64,000 bases of DNA, from positions 186,001 through 250,000 of the forward strand of contig NMRA01000474.1 in the NCBI GenBank assembly GCA_002633005.1. The letters are read 5' to 3'. The number at the start of each line of letters is the position of its first letter. The stretch's first letter is position 1. The notes below the pieces were generated by a model, which saw only the letters and a program-made list of their open reading frames with translations, searched no databases and had not been told where the DNA came from. Positions 52,251 to 63,899 of the stretch are shown here, one piece after another. Position numbers and translations under genes: made by a program. Origin of the DNA: Phoronis australis (taxonomy: Eukaryota; Animalia; Phoronida).

Positions 52251-52687
52251 TGTTGTGAAGCGTGACTTCCGGTTGTCACGACACGTACAGTCAGATAAAG
52301 CCTCTCTAAGCCGCTTGCCAAATGGCAATTGCCTCTTGGCTGAATGGTTTAGATGCTTGACTGTTGCTTGTGCAACCCGGGTTCAAGTCTCGGTCATCAT
52401 GAAATTTTCTACAATGGCGCCCAACTAAGGAAAAATCCACGTCTAACCCTGAGATGTAAAGCGTTGGATGGAGAGGGGGCGAGCTGGTACTGGTGGATTC
52501 AGAACACAAAAGCATTGCTGAGGTTGAATTCCATGACGCTAGGGTGTTGCTGAGATCTGAAAGCCAGGGAGCGCGCTTGTTCCGCGGAAGGGGGAGTGGT
52601 GTTGTGAAGCGTGACTTCCGGTTGTCACGACACGTACAGTCAGATAAAGCCTCTCTAAGCCGCTTGCCAAGTGGCAATTGCCTCTTG
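52251..52687 (+). mobile_element. TRIM (miniature LTR retrotransposon) with tRNA-like sequence in its LTR; Helenus/TRIMp3-like; 3' LTR truncated
   Basis: 5' LTR TGTTGTG...TTCTACA (52251-52413, 163 bp). PBS TGGCGCCCAAC (52415-52425, tRNA-Lys type). ~185-bp non-coding interior. PPT GGAAGGGGGAGTGG (52586-52599). 3' LTR from 52600, cut at 52687. The LTR holds A box TGGCTGAATGG (52337) and B box GGTTCAAGTC (52380). Confidence 0.85.
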
Positions 52688-53340
52688 TAGCGAGGACAAC
52701 ATACGTCACCAAATCGCTTCGCGTATCTGTCACCGTGTAAAATTTGCACATTAAAATCGGCAAAAAATCACTCAAAAATGCAATAAATGTGAATAAAAAT
52801 TACTTCAAAGTATGAAATAAGACGTTATTTTACTGAAATGTTAGTTTTTTTTCGTCGCAAAATCCTTTTAATAATACTTTGCACGAGTTTTTTGCAGCGA
52901 CGTGACCGACATTTCAAAGCAAAATGGCCGCCGGTAAAAACAACTGGTATTTGTTTTTCAACTCAGGAGAAGACTAAACTCTCGAATTTTNTGGCCACTA
53001 GGTGGCGCAAACTATGTCGAATCCATCCGAAAACGGCAGGATAGCGTCATCTCACTACTAGGTGCCTACATACCAAATTTCATGAAAATCCGTTCAGGAC
53101 TTTTGAAGATACAAAGGTAAGCGTAAAAAACTAAAATTGCCGCTAGGGGGCACACCGGTAGTCGGATCCGTCCGAAAGTTCGCACATGCCGTCCCATTTA
53201 TGAATGGAACATATGTGCCAAATTTCATGAACGTATGTCAAAGGGTTTTGGAGATAGAGCAGCGGACGCCGGACGGACGGATGGACGGACAGAGATGACG
53301 GCATAATGCGTCCACATATAAATATGTGGGCGCATAAAAA
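52688..53340 (-). mobile_element. DINE-1/HINE-like (Helentron-associated) non-autonomous element, truncated
   Basis: On - it begins TTTTTATGCGCCCACATATTTATATGTGGACGCAT (T-run plus hairpin), followed by a (GTCC)n microsatellite. It contains internal CCAAATTTCATGAA repeats and sits in an A/T run that is empty in the other duplicate copy (51475-51481). Confidence 0.6.
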
Positions 53341-54129
53341 GGACTTCAAGACCAAGTCCATTAAATTGCTGGTCAGGATGGGATAGTTTAAATCGTCAAG
53401 ACTGTACCGATGTCGGTGCAATTCCATTTCTAGGTGATGACACAGCTTTAGAACAAGCCTGCGAAGAAACACGAAAATTTTGATGGCTTATTTTGGCTTC
53501 TAAGCTGCACTTTCTAGTCACTTACTGTTTCAACATTAAATCCAGAATAGGACAATACTTTACCTATACTGTGCAAACAATATGGGAGATTAGTGAAACT
53601 TTATTTTGTCATATTTCTGAACAAAAAAACAATCTTGAGAAAATTCCAGTCTGATATAAGCTTAGCTTACCTTGTAGAGTGCAGATATCATATAAAACAT
53701 TTAGTATATATCTAATTCATAATATCGACATGAAAGTAATCAGCCTTCGTTCAGTTGCCCAATTCAGCAATTCGCCATTTTTACACTGTGCATACTCCCA
53801 TTTTTACTTTGCATGCGCCAGGAGCTCCAGGAGTACTTGTTCGAGCTGACAAGAAGTAAAGACATCGATGACCTCCTAAGGTGTCCCTCTTTGCCCGGGT
53901 ACTTATAGCAACATGGCTTTTTAGTTTTAATCAATGTGAGGTGTAATATACCGAAGAGATTCTGGCGTATCAAGCACCTGAGTGTAGGAGCATCACCATC
54001 TCTACTAGGGACAGTTGAGATGATGGCACTTTCTAGGGGTAACCCTGCTCTTCGGGGCGAGTGAAAGTACGAGGGTAACTGCCTTTTGAGCTTGCCCCTG
54101 CGGCTTGTGCTAGTCGTGGGTTGCATCGG

Positions 54130-54292
54130 TGTTGTGAAGCGTGACTTCCGGTTGTCACGACACGTACAGTCAGATAAAGCCTCTCTAAGCCGCTTGCCAA
54201 GTGGCAATTGCCTCTTGGCTGAATGGTTTAGATGCTTGACTGTCGCTTGTGCAACCCGGGTTCAAGTCTCGGTCATCATGAAATTTTCTACA
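54130..54292 (+). mobile_element. Solo LTR of the tRNA-containing TRIM with a 4-bp TSD
   Basis: 163-bp TGT...ACA, nearly identical to 52251-52413, flanked by TCGG (54126-29) and TCGG (54293-96). Confidence 0.9.
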
Positions 54293-57187
54293 TCGGCATC
54301 GTCGAGTGCCAAGTGTATTGATAGGCAACTCTGAGATTGCAGGGTTTTCTTGTATATTTTCAGTCAAAAATTATCACCAGCAACCAGAACCATTGGATTG
54401 GCAAGTTACAATGACTGGAGTTAGGGTGAGCAAACCATAATGGCCGATTTTCTGGAATCGGCAAAATCGGCCATTTTTCTAGATTTTCAAACTGTCATAT
54501 CTCTTTTGATCATTATTCGATAAGAATAAAATTGATATGACAATAAACACTGATTCTTCGTCTTTCCATGCATGTCCAACACACATTCACTCATCCTCAA
54601 TGAAATACTAAAATTTTTGACTAAAAATGGCTTACACACGCATTTTCGTCACTTCCGTAAAATTTTGTGACAGCTCAGTGGGGGTCGGATTTTCGGGCAT
54701 AGCATTGCAGTCCGTGAATGAAATTCGCTGATTAATATATCATTTTAAACTGCATAAAATTCTACATTTTTGTCAGGGTGAACCAATTTGAAATCGGAGA
54801 CAATAATAATTCAAAAATTGAAGTTTAAACTTTACCGCGATCTGGCGTTCGCACCAAAAACGATCCCGAATTGGTTCACTCGCTGCCAGCTGACCCATTT
54901 ATTGCCTGACACATCCCACATGTCAATTAACTGTCAAAAACAACCCCTTCTATGCTACGATTCGTTGAAAAATGCAATCAAATCTGCCAGTCTGGGCTTC
55001 CACGACACAGTAAAAACAACAACGGTTGCTAATGACGTCACGAAACTCCGCCCCCAGATCTATAGCAGACGAAAAAGTATGTCAAGTAGAATACCCGCTG
55101 GATTTTCCCTTACTGTCGACGACATACAATTTATCATGTTTGGCGAAGGATTACTAAGGGAGAGGAACTCACAGTAGGTAAGTTAATATACATTTGATTC
55201 ATAAATTACTTCTCATTTGTCGACGGCAGCATAAATCAAAGGTGACCTAGATACGACTGTCTTGTCGCCGCAATGGCCGCTATCGATGTCACTCAATGGA
55301 TCTGCCGAAAGCGCGGGAAAACCAGCGTTATTTCAGTTTTGGTGATCTAATATTAAAACCTGTTCTTATAATTGAATTAAACAATAGTATTTTTATAACT
55401 TACTTTTCTTCAAGCGAAATTATTGAAGTAGACGACGTAGTTTTACCCTATTTTGTTCCGTTTTTTTACGAGCGCTAGGTGGCGATAGGGTCGATTTTTG
55501 TTTACATCTCCGCCCAATTTTTTCACTGAAATGGTTCAATTCGGCGCATTTTCACGCTCTTTTAACAAACGCAACCCCTTACAGTTGACTTATTACAGTC
55601 GCTAATGTAATCAACTTAGAACAGCATCAAAACTGATTGTATTCCCGGATTTCTTAATGAAAGGTGACATGCCAGTAAAACGGTGATTCATTCACTGAGA
55701 CATTGAGAATGCGACGTTCAAACGTGCCGGGAGTAAAACTTAATCGCATGCAAGACAGGATCACCCCAGTGGAACTTGTAGCTTCGATCAGTTTTGTAAC
55801 TTTGCATAATCCACTTGTATTTGGCTCATAAAAAAATAAAATAAATCACTTATGAACTGCTTAATAACTGTTAATACGTCGATCAACATTTATTAAGAGA
55901 GAAGATCTAAATTACAGGAGTAGGTTCAGTGAAAAAAGGAGACTTCAACACCAGTATTGTGCCATATGCATAGTTGCCAACTGTCTTAATGCTTTTGAAC
56001 CATCCTGGCCTTCGAGGCTTTTTATCACGTATCACACCATCAAATTTTGTACATGTTTGTGCCTTTATTCCCACACCAATTTCCCCATTCACTTTCAGCC
56101 GTGAGTAGTCTCAATTAAAAAACTAAGGCAGTCGGCTTTGTATTTCTGGATGTTAATTGCAGCAGACCTTTCTCCCTTGCGGTATGGCCTAGATACACAT
56201 GTTCCTGGTGGTTTTTCATTCTGAATGTTGGCAACTATGCAAGCACCATTCAGTTCCTCTCAGCCACCTCATTTCCAAGTGTCGATGTCCCTATTGTCCT
56301 CAGCAAGCGTGTGAAACACCTTTATGTTACCAGAAATTCATAGATGTGTTTCAAAGCATAACACTACACCAAAGTATGATAATCTATGGCATCTATGGCG
56401 ACATTGTGCTTGTTTGTGCTCTTGGACGACTTGGAGGAGGTTGACTGAGTGAGACGAATAATGGTGATGAAGCAGATGAGGATGACGGTGTTGAGGATCC
56501 ACGTGTTCGAGGAACCACTCCGTCCTGTAGCAATATATGGGCCAGTTGTACATCATACTGTAGAGACCTGCTCATTTTTTTTTCAGTGAAAGCCAAACAA
56601 TATATCAAACCCTGCAAATAGATTGAAACAATAAGACATATGGTTCGTTACAAAATACAAAAAATGTTCAATCTACGACGATCACTTCTTGAGGTACTCA
56701 TTACAAACCCACAATACAGTTGGGTTGGTGTCGGGTGGATTTTATTCCAATAATTCTTGAAGTATGTTGCTAATAATTTAATGAATTTGTTGTCGTCATC
56801 AATGAGATTTAGTTGTTATTGTGACTGAATGACTGTGACTGTCAGAACCTTCCAACTTAGCAGGTAACTGTGAATTAGAACCAATCATTACTGACAGGAC
56901 TATCCCTACCTCTTAGTGTTCTTCGAATGTTTGATCACATCGGTTCCCTGTGTAAGCCATTTTTATGTTGAAAACCAATACTTATTCAACTGCAACTCTA
57001 ATACAACATAAGTACAGAACATAATACTAAAAACAACACTAAAGTAGACACATTGGCACACATAGCAGTTAAACAAGATCAGTTAATAGTTTACTTAAAA
57101 GCAAAACGTACGGAAATGGAACTCAGGATGTCTATTTTCATTTTGTGGAGTCAAGAGTAGATTTGGTATTTGGACTATGAACTATTT

Positions 57188-57370
57188 NNNNNNNNNNNNN
57201 NNNNNNNNNNNNNNNNNNNNNNNNNNNNNNNNNNNNNNNNNNNNNNNNNNNNNNNNNNNNNNNNNNNNNNNNNNNNNNNNNNNNNNNNNNNNNNNNNNNN
57301 NNNNNNNNNNNNNNNNNNNNNNNNNNNNNNNNNNNNNNNNNNNNNNNNNNNNNNNNNNNNNNNNNNNNNN
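57188..57370. other. Assembly gap (N run)
   Basis: Run of N; the true gap length is unknown. Confidence 0.99.
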
Positions 57371-58037
57371 NACCTTTTGCGCATAGAGGAACACCTTAGG
57401 AGGTTGTCGATGTGTTTAATTCCTTCCAACTCGAACAAATACTCCCGTTATGAAACTTTTTCTTCGAGCAGTCCCTACTTCAGTTCCCAAAATCGTGAAA
57501 TCAACATTTTCATTTTTTTAACCAGGCCGAAGGTCAGAAGTTGCGGACCTACCGGCGAACTTTGAAAGCTGAAGTTCCCGCCCTTCGCGTACGTGCTGCC
57601 GGGAACCAGCCGTGCATTTGCCGTGTTGTTAAACATTAAAATGTCAAATATGTGCACAAAGACTATTAAATGTCATATCAACAGCATTTATTTTTATCAA
57701 ATACAAACAATAATTCATTGAAATACAATCAGTTTCAAGTAACGCCAATTAAAGACAAGTATAAGTGGTGGCATTTTGTTGGAAACGAACATTTGACTGA
57801 CAAGACCGCAATGGCTCACCTTTGGCCTATTTAAAGATTGAGGTCATGAAGTCACATCCCCTAGCGAGCGCGGTAAAAATTGGAGCGTGCGCAGTATAAA
57901 AATGGTGAGTTCACGATTTTGGGAACTGAAATAGGGACTGCTCGAAGAAAAAGTTTGATAATGGGAGTATTTGTTCGAGCTGGAAGGAATTAAACACATC
58001 GACAACCTCCTCAGGTGTTCCTCTATGCGCAAAAGGT
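57371..58037. repeat. ~140-bp inverted repeat pair (57371-57510 / 57900-58037)
   Basis: ACCTTTTGCGCATAGAGGAACACC...CAGTTCCCAAAATCGTGAA is the reverse complement, with few mismatches, of 57900-58037. The left arm is cut by the gap. Confidence 0.85.
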
Positions 58038-59398
58038 ATTTATAACGACGTGACTTTGATGGTTTAGTCAGTGCGAGGCATAATTCGCCGAAAAGCTTCC
58101 GGCGTACAGAGCGCCTATAGCCTCTGCATCGCCTCTGGTTCGGGCCAACAGAGGCGATGGTCATTGCCTATCCCCAGACCAGAGACAGTTACAGACGTCC
58201 TCATCTTCTGTCTGACCGTCCCCAATACATATAATACTAAAAGGTCTCACAGTCGGGTAATTGTTTACAATATGACGACATTGACTTACACATATGCTTT
58301 TGGTGTCATTCGATTCCATGCAAAGTTATCTTTCCAAAAATACACAGAAAAATTTCCTACCCCGTTCCCTTGGCCTTGGCGTTGGTTAGTATTTTATCGT
58401 GAAATTTCTTCTTGCACTATTTTCCGGTACTCGGTAGTAATACCGCCATGTTGAATGGAAGGAGTCCCCTGGCAGTCAAAAACTGAACTAATCTTCCACG
58501 ACTTCTGCAGATCGTCACTTTTCAGAAGTTCAAACTGAATGAGACCCGCCTATCCCCTGCCCCAGTTAAGCTCCCAAGGGTTCAAATTCGATCCTATGGC
58601 GACCCTGGTACGCATCTGCTAGCAAAAACCCACGAAAAAAGCGAAGGTTGTTTTTGAGGTCCAAATTGGTGAAAAGTGTATCACTTCAGACAATTTCGTG
58701 GAAAATGGTCAAATGGTCACTATTATAAAAAAATTAGAAAAGGTGAAGTGCTGCTACTTGTAATCCATATTATGTCAGAAAAACTTAAGTGGGAATCTCG
58801 GCATGGGCAAACACCATTCAGAATCGATGATGCTGTTTCATTCATTAACAACAGGTGACACTGTAATCTTGAGTTGAGCTAACAAGGCGGTGTCAACCGG
58901 GAAATAGTGCGAACCGAAATTCGAGGATAAAATACGGAGGAAATACCATAGGGGAAACATTCATACATTTTTGGAAAGATAACGTTGCCAAAATTATGTG
59001 TTGGTCAATGTCGTCATTGTAAACAATTACCCACAGTCGGGACTAGGAAGTCCACCCGTACTTCACTTCAGCTGTTCATATCAAACATACACAAAACAAA
59101 TCACAAACAATTGTTGTTTAGTGCTGATGGCACAATCACAATAGCGATAATCCTGCTCCAACGAGTTCGTAACAAATTCGCAATGAAAACACAAAAATCT
59201 GACCAAAAGGCCGATGCTTAGTAACTCCTGTAAAGAAGGGTTTCCTTTCGTTGCAAGTTTTTAGTATTTCAATACCAGCAAATCAAATTTCAGAACAAAC
59301 TTTGGCGCTGCAAAGTTGTGCCATCAGTTATCACTGAAACAGTTTTGTGTCTGGACGTTCTTTGTTCTCCAGCTAATTACCCTGTCCGTGTTTTTCAG

Positions 59399-60772
59399 CA
59401 TTTGCGGAACTTTGCACTCTGTGGACCAGTTCTTAAATATTAAACTGACAGACATCAACGTAGCAGACCCAGAAAAATATCCTCATATGGTGAGTCTATG
59501 ATACACAACAATTGGCTAATGCAAGCATCAACATAGGAGAATTTGTTGTGTTACGAACATTTCCCATAGGGTCAGCTTAGGGCTGGTACGCTTGCTCTCT
59601 GTATAGAAAGTGTTTGCCATGTGTACACAGTCCTGTAGTTGTACATAGTCCTGTAGTTGTACATAGTCCTGTAGTTGAAATATTATATATAAATTGCAAC
59701 TCAAATTCATTTGAGATGAGATGGATTTCATATTTGATTTTTTAATATGTGACTTTTAAAAAAATATTTCTTAATGTATATGTCCTAGTACCTAAATTTT
59801 CAGAGTAAAAGGAGAAAATATTTCATTATTTTCCTAGATAGTTAAGTTTTCCAACTTTTGGTAAATTAGCTTAAGTGTTAACGTAGTTATATTTATATTT
59901 TACATGTTAGTTGTTAAGGCCTCTTTCTCATGGCATGTGACAAATTAGCCCAATTTGGGCTGGATTCATAACACAATATATTTGTATGTTCTAAAATTGG
60001 TGAAATTTCATGGCAAGCATTTCCTGACAGCAAATAAAAAATAATTATTTTGCTATCTTCATCTTGTTTCCTTCTGGCTTTTTGCCCAATAACTTCAGTG
60101 AAGCCAGGCAAATTTAAACTTTTTAAAAACCTTGCTTAAGCTGAAGATTATAGACCACATCGATGTGTTTGTGATAAGATGAATTTGTTAATTTCAATTA
60201 ATATTTTACAATTCTCATTAGTCTGTAAATGGTATACTCCTGAACTTTAACAGTGCACCTATTCATAAAATTGTCATGCAATCAAAAGTGCATTTTCTGG
60301 CTCACAATGTCATCATTTCAGTATGCTAATCCGGATTAGATGTTGGTGTCATTCCCGGAAATCTTAGAATTCGGTGCACAAAACTAATATCACAAACACA
60401 CTGGTTGATACGTTGATCATAGTCCGTCGGTCTGTTACACCGACAACTGAACCCCCCCCCTGCCATACTTCAGCTACCATTGAATGCTCGAGTCGTAATT
60501 TCATGATAATTAATTGTCATTACAGTAAATTGTGTAAATCGCTAAATGAAGTTATTTCTTCAACAGAGGGCGAGTTTCTAGCACCGTTGAAAAGTCTGTA
60601 CATATTGCAGCTTTTAATTCATACGTTCGCAATTACTTTGCAGAGCTCAGTGAAAAACTGTTTCATCCGTGGTTCGGTCATACGCTACGTACAACTGCCG
60701 GCGGACGAATGCGACACACAACTACTGCAGGATGCAGCCAGGAAAGAGGCTGCACAGAGCAAGCAGCGATAG
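59399..60772 (+). CDS. LSM2: U6 snRNA-associated Sm-like protein LSm2, last two coding exons (5' exons not found)
   Basis: Exon 59399-59489 (ICGTLHSVDQFLNIKLTDINVADPEKYPHM) and exon 60644-60772 (SSVKNCFIRGSVIRYVQLPADECDTQLLQDAARKEAAQSKQR*). GT-AG; near-identical to known LSm2; AATAAA at ~61461. Confidence 0.96.
59620..59677 (+). repeat. 18-bp tandem repeat (TGTACATAGTCCTGTAGT)x3 in the LSM2 intron
   Basis: Seen directly. Confidence 0.85.
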
Positions 60773-63616
60773 CAGTGTTGTCCTAACGAGGTCGTACGTC
60801 ACAGCAACTTCACTGTAAATATTGTACAGTACTCATTCACTCATGTTGGACTGGCGAGGTTGAAGTTCATAAGTGCTAACGATATTGAGATTTCTCTTTG
60901 CTGACAGAAGCTGTATTATTTATGGTTAATCAGCCAAAAGATAGGTTCAAAGCTATGATTTTTCGCCTGTGCTCTTTTCGTTATTTTTCAGTAATTCAAA
61001 ATTATTGTATTTAAGTTCAGTATAGGCCTGTGTATGGAGTTGACATAGTGTGTTCCAGTCATGACGTGTGCAAACGCAGCTTTGTCAAATTGGTCTTCTA
61101 AACCTAAACATTCTGTAGAACTCTTGCAAGTCGGATCCAGCGGGACTGAGATAATATGTCATCTGGCAAAATCTTGAATAAAACGCCAAGAGCACAAATG
61201 AGAACAGTTAAACATTGTCTAGGTTGAGAGAAAATTGGACTTATGTGTGGTAGTCTAACATATTAAGTTTTACTGTATTTCATTATCTTTGCCTCTCATG
61301 CCCTCGAAAATTAAGCATTGGGTGTGTAAGCCTTGTCTCAGACATCTCGTAATCCTACGTTTATATTTCAATTTGCATTTCACACGGGCATTCTCACCTT
61401 TTTGTAGGCGTTTGCCAACTTTTTCATTTGCCCACTTCTGTATATTGTTATGGAACTGTCAATAAATATTTTGTAACAAAAGTCTCGCTCAATTCAGAAT
61501 TTCACGTTCAGATATACGTATCTGTTTAAATTGTAATAAGTTATAGTGCATACGTGACTCGGCATTGGGACCAAAAATAATACTCTCATAATTTTTTCAA
61601 ATTTATTCGAATTGATTGAAGCAGCTAAGTCCAGTGTCTTGTGTGCAACACTCAGTAACAAGCAAACACTATCTATGATAAAACTAAATTAACATCCAAG
61701 GCTCAGTCACATTATACATGGGAAGGGAGTCGACAAAATTTATAACACGATCTGCAATTTCTGCCAATGTGGTAAAAGAAATAAAATGATGACGTTACAA
61801 CAAAGCTGGCTCGCGTTTCTCAAAAATTTGCTTTAACCAAATCAACTTGTAGTCAGTGGAACATAATGGGTTACACAGGCATGTTGTTATACCTAATGGT
61901 ACATGTATATCCTTGCCAACAGTCTGTGATGGTAAAAATTGTTAAGGCACATAGCAAAGCAAACTAGTGGAATCTCAGTGATTTCTCTGTCAACAAAATA
62001 ATTAGCATAAGTTATGCTTCGTTGTTACCATGGCTTCTGATAAAAGTTATCGCAAAATTTCAGTATGATATCACCTGGCAAAAATAATTTGTTATGCTTT
62101 GTTGTTAGCATGTTTTCTGATAAAACTTGTCGCAAAATTTGGCATGGCGAAATCTCCCCAAATTGGACAAAATAATTCTAATGTACAATTCCTCCGAAAG
62201 ACTTCTGACATTGGGGATGCCAAAAACCTATTAAAACATTGTCTGATGTTACCTATGGTAAAGAACTTCAAATAAATAGAGCATTTAATTTGTGTTACAT
62301 ATCTTTCTCGCGAAAATTTCAATTATTTGTCCTTTATATTGCATTCTACTCTGGCAAGATTTTGTCGCAAGGGTTTTAACATTTACATCAATGCAGTACA
62401 AACACAAATGGCAATTTTAGCGAATTTTTTTGGCCTGGATTTACAGATATTCACAATCAAGGCCTTGGATATCTCATAAATGTTTTTACTACTAAACAAA
62501 TAAATCTAGTTTAAAACAGACTTCTCAGTACGTGACTGGATCTAGAGATGCCCCCTGCTGGATCAAACTAAACTATTTGGTTTTCTGAGTCGTACCTTGT
62601 GCGTTTAAATTGCCTCTCCTGTTCTCAACAATATACAATACTTTCTTTGCCAGCAAATTTTAAAGCGGCTGAGAACTCTTGTAGTCAAAAATGTGGACTT
62701 TTGATTCCAAACACTAAGAGTTATGAAAGTAGTCTTGAATTGTTCCTTTGTCAATTTTGAGGTGATTTTAGGGCCCCTTTCATGAAAAGTGACACAAGAC
62801 TAGAAACAGAAATTCACAAGACCTGAGTAAAGGCACAGCCAAGTCAGTGCACCAAAGTCAAGGTCAGCGCCAGAGATGCATAATGGATGCACAATTTTAA
62901 TACAATCTCCTAACACTCATTCCTAGCACTAATGACAAAACAAACCCAAATGCCTTTGCACTAAAGAAAACAATAAAAACTAGATACTCATCCATCAGAA
63001 CTCCGATGCTATTCACAGACTTAAAGATGCAACAACTATGTACCCATCTTCAGAGTGGCCTATGAACAAACTCCATCTAGTGTTTGGTCAATGAATCAAC
63101 TGTTGGCCCATAAAATGGCAAGCCCAATCAATCCATCTTATCGAGCTTGGTCACAAGAAATGTCCTTGCCAAGCCCAGAAATTTCTTTTGATAAGAAACA
63201 AGTTAATACCAATATAAATAATGCTTCCAAGTCAAAATCAAAGTAACATTACTTTTTGAAAGACGGCAGGCACATAGCATCTTAAAGTAACCCTGAACGT
63301 AATTTATTTAAAGCTGCATTTTACCCTGTCTAATCGGCTAAAAACAAAAATCGCCCTCAGTCATTTACATTCACATTCTTGGCTATGACAGGATTCTATT
63401 CCCGTTGCCAACAGTACATCAAAACCATCAGTGCCTCAAGAAAAAGCTTCAACATTTATTGGAGTTGGCCGACCCTGGGTATTTGAAAATGTCGCATGTT
63501 CGCACCACCTGACTTGTGTTGCCTGGCACACTTGACACTAATTGAAGATTAGATGAACATGGTCACATTTTTAAGGTAACAACACTGATGGCTATAAAAA
63601 CCGTCACAGTGCAGCT

Positions 63617-63899
63617 TTAAAGCATTTTCCTTCCATTAATAGTTTTGAACCTGTTTGACCCAATTTGGTCAAACATCAGCAGTCCTGATGCTCTTTGGAC
63701 TGACTCCAAGGGCACCAGGAACCTGTTGATGTCAATGCCTTCTGGTAACTTTTCATTGGGCAAAACGTACGAGAGCAGATGAAGTTCGTGACTACTCGAC
63801 TCGCAGACAACAACTTTGAAGAAATGAGTCGGCACGGCAACTTGGTTTCGCCCAATCACCTGATAAGTTACAAATAGCTTTCCATTTGAGGGATCTCGC
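63617..63899 (-). CDS. ENDOG: Mitochondrial endonuclease G, last coding exon (gene continues beyond the window)
   Basis: TTCACAG acceptor, then GKLFVTYQVIGRNQVAVPTHFFKVVV...SYVLPN...FLVPLESVQRASGLLMF, the EndoG/Nuc1 C-terminal signature. Confidence 0.93.

Larger units (their letters stand above)
51481..54292 (+). repeat. ~0.95-kb direct duplication (51481-52413 / 53341-54292) whose copies differ in TE content
   Basis: Both copies start GGACTTCAAGACCAAGTCC and end GAAATTTTCTACA. They differ by SNPs and an 18-bp indel. Confidence 0.9.

Noticed and set aside
52330-52400. Functional tRNA gene or ordinary tRNA-SINE (also 54209-54280)
   Set aside because: A/B boxes and the T-arm are present, but the acceptor and anticodon stems do not pair. 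The segment is internal to a TG...CA LTR with PBS, PPT and TSD.
51867-52749. 147-153 aa ORFs (also 53764-54207) as real genes
   Set aside because: They run across LTR/flank boundaries and have no recognisable domain.
55907-56617. Coding-looking minus-strand segments
   Set aside because: Multiple stops in all frames and no recognisable family; possibly decayed TE sequence but not supportable.
57170-57565. ORFs spanning the N run
   Set aside because: Artefacts of translating Ns.
58355-58450. Candidate PSMB1 exon 1 (AACATGGCG...GG|GTAGG on -)
   Set aside because: It has an in-frame stop and no FSPY..NGG similarity.
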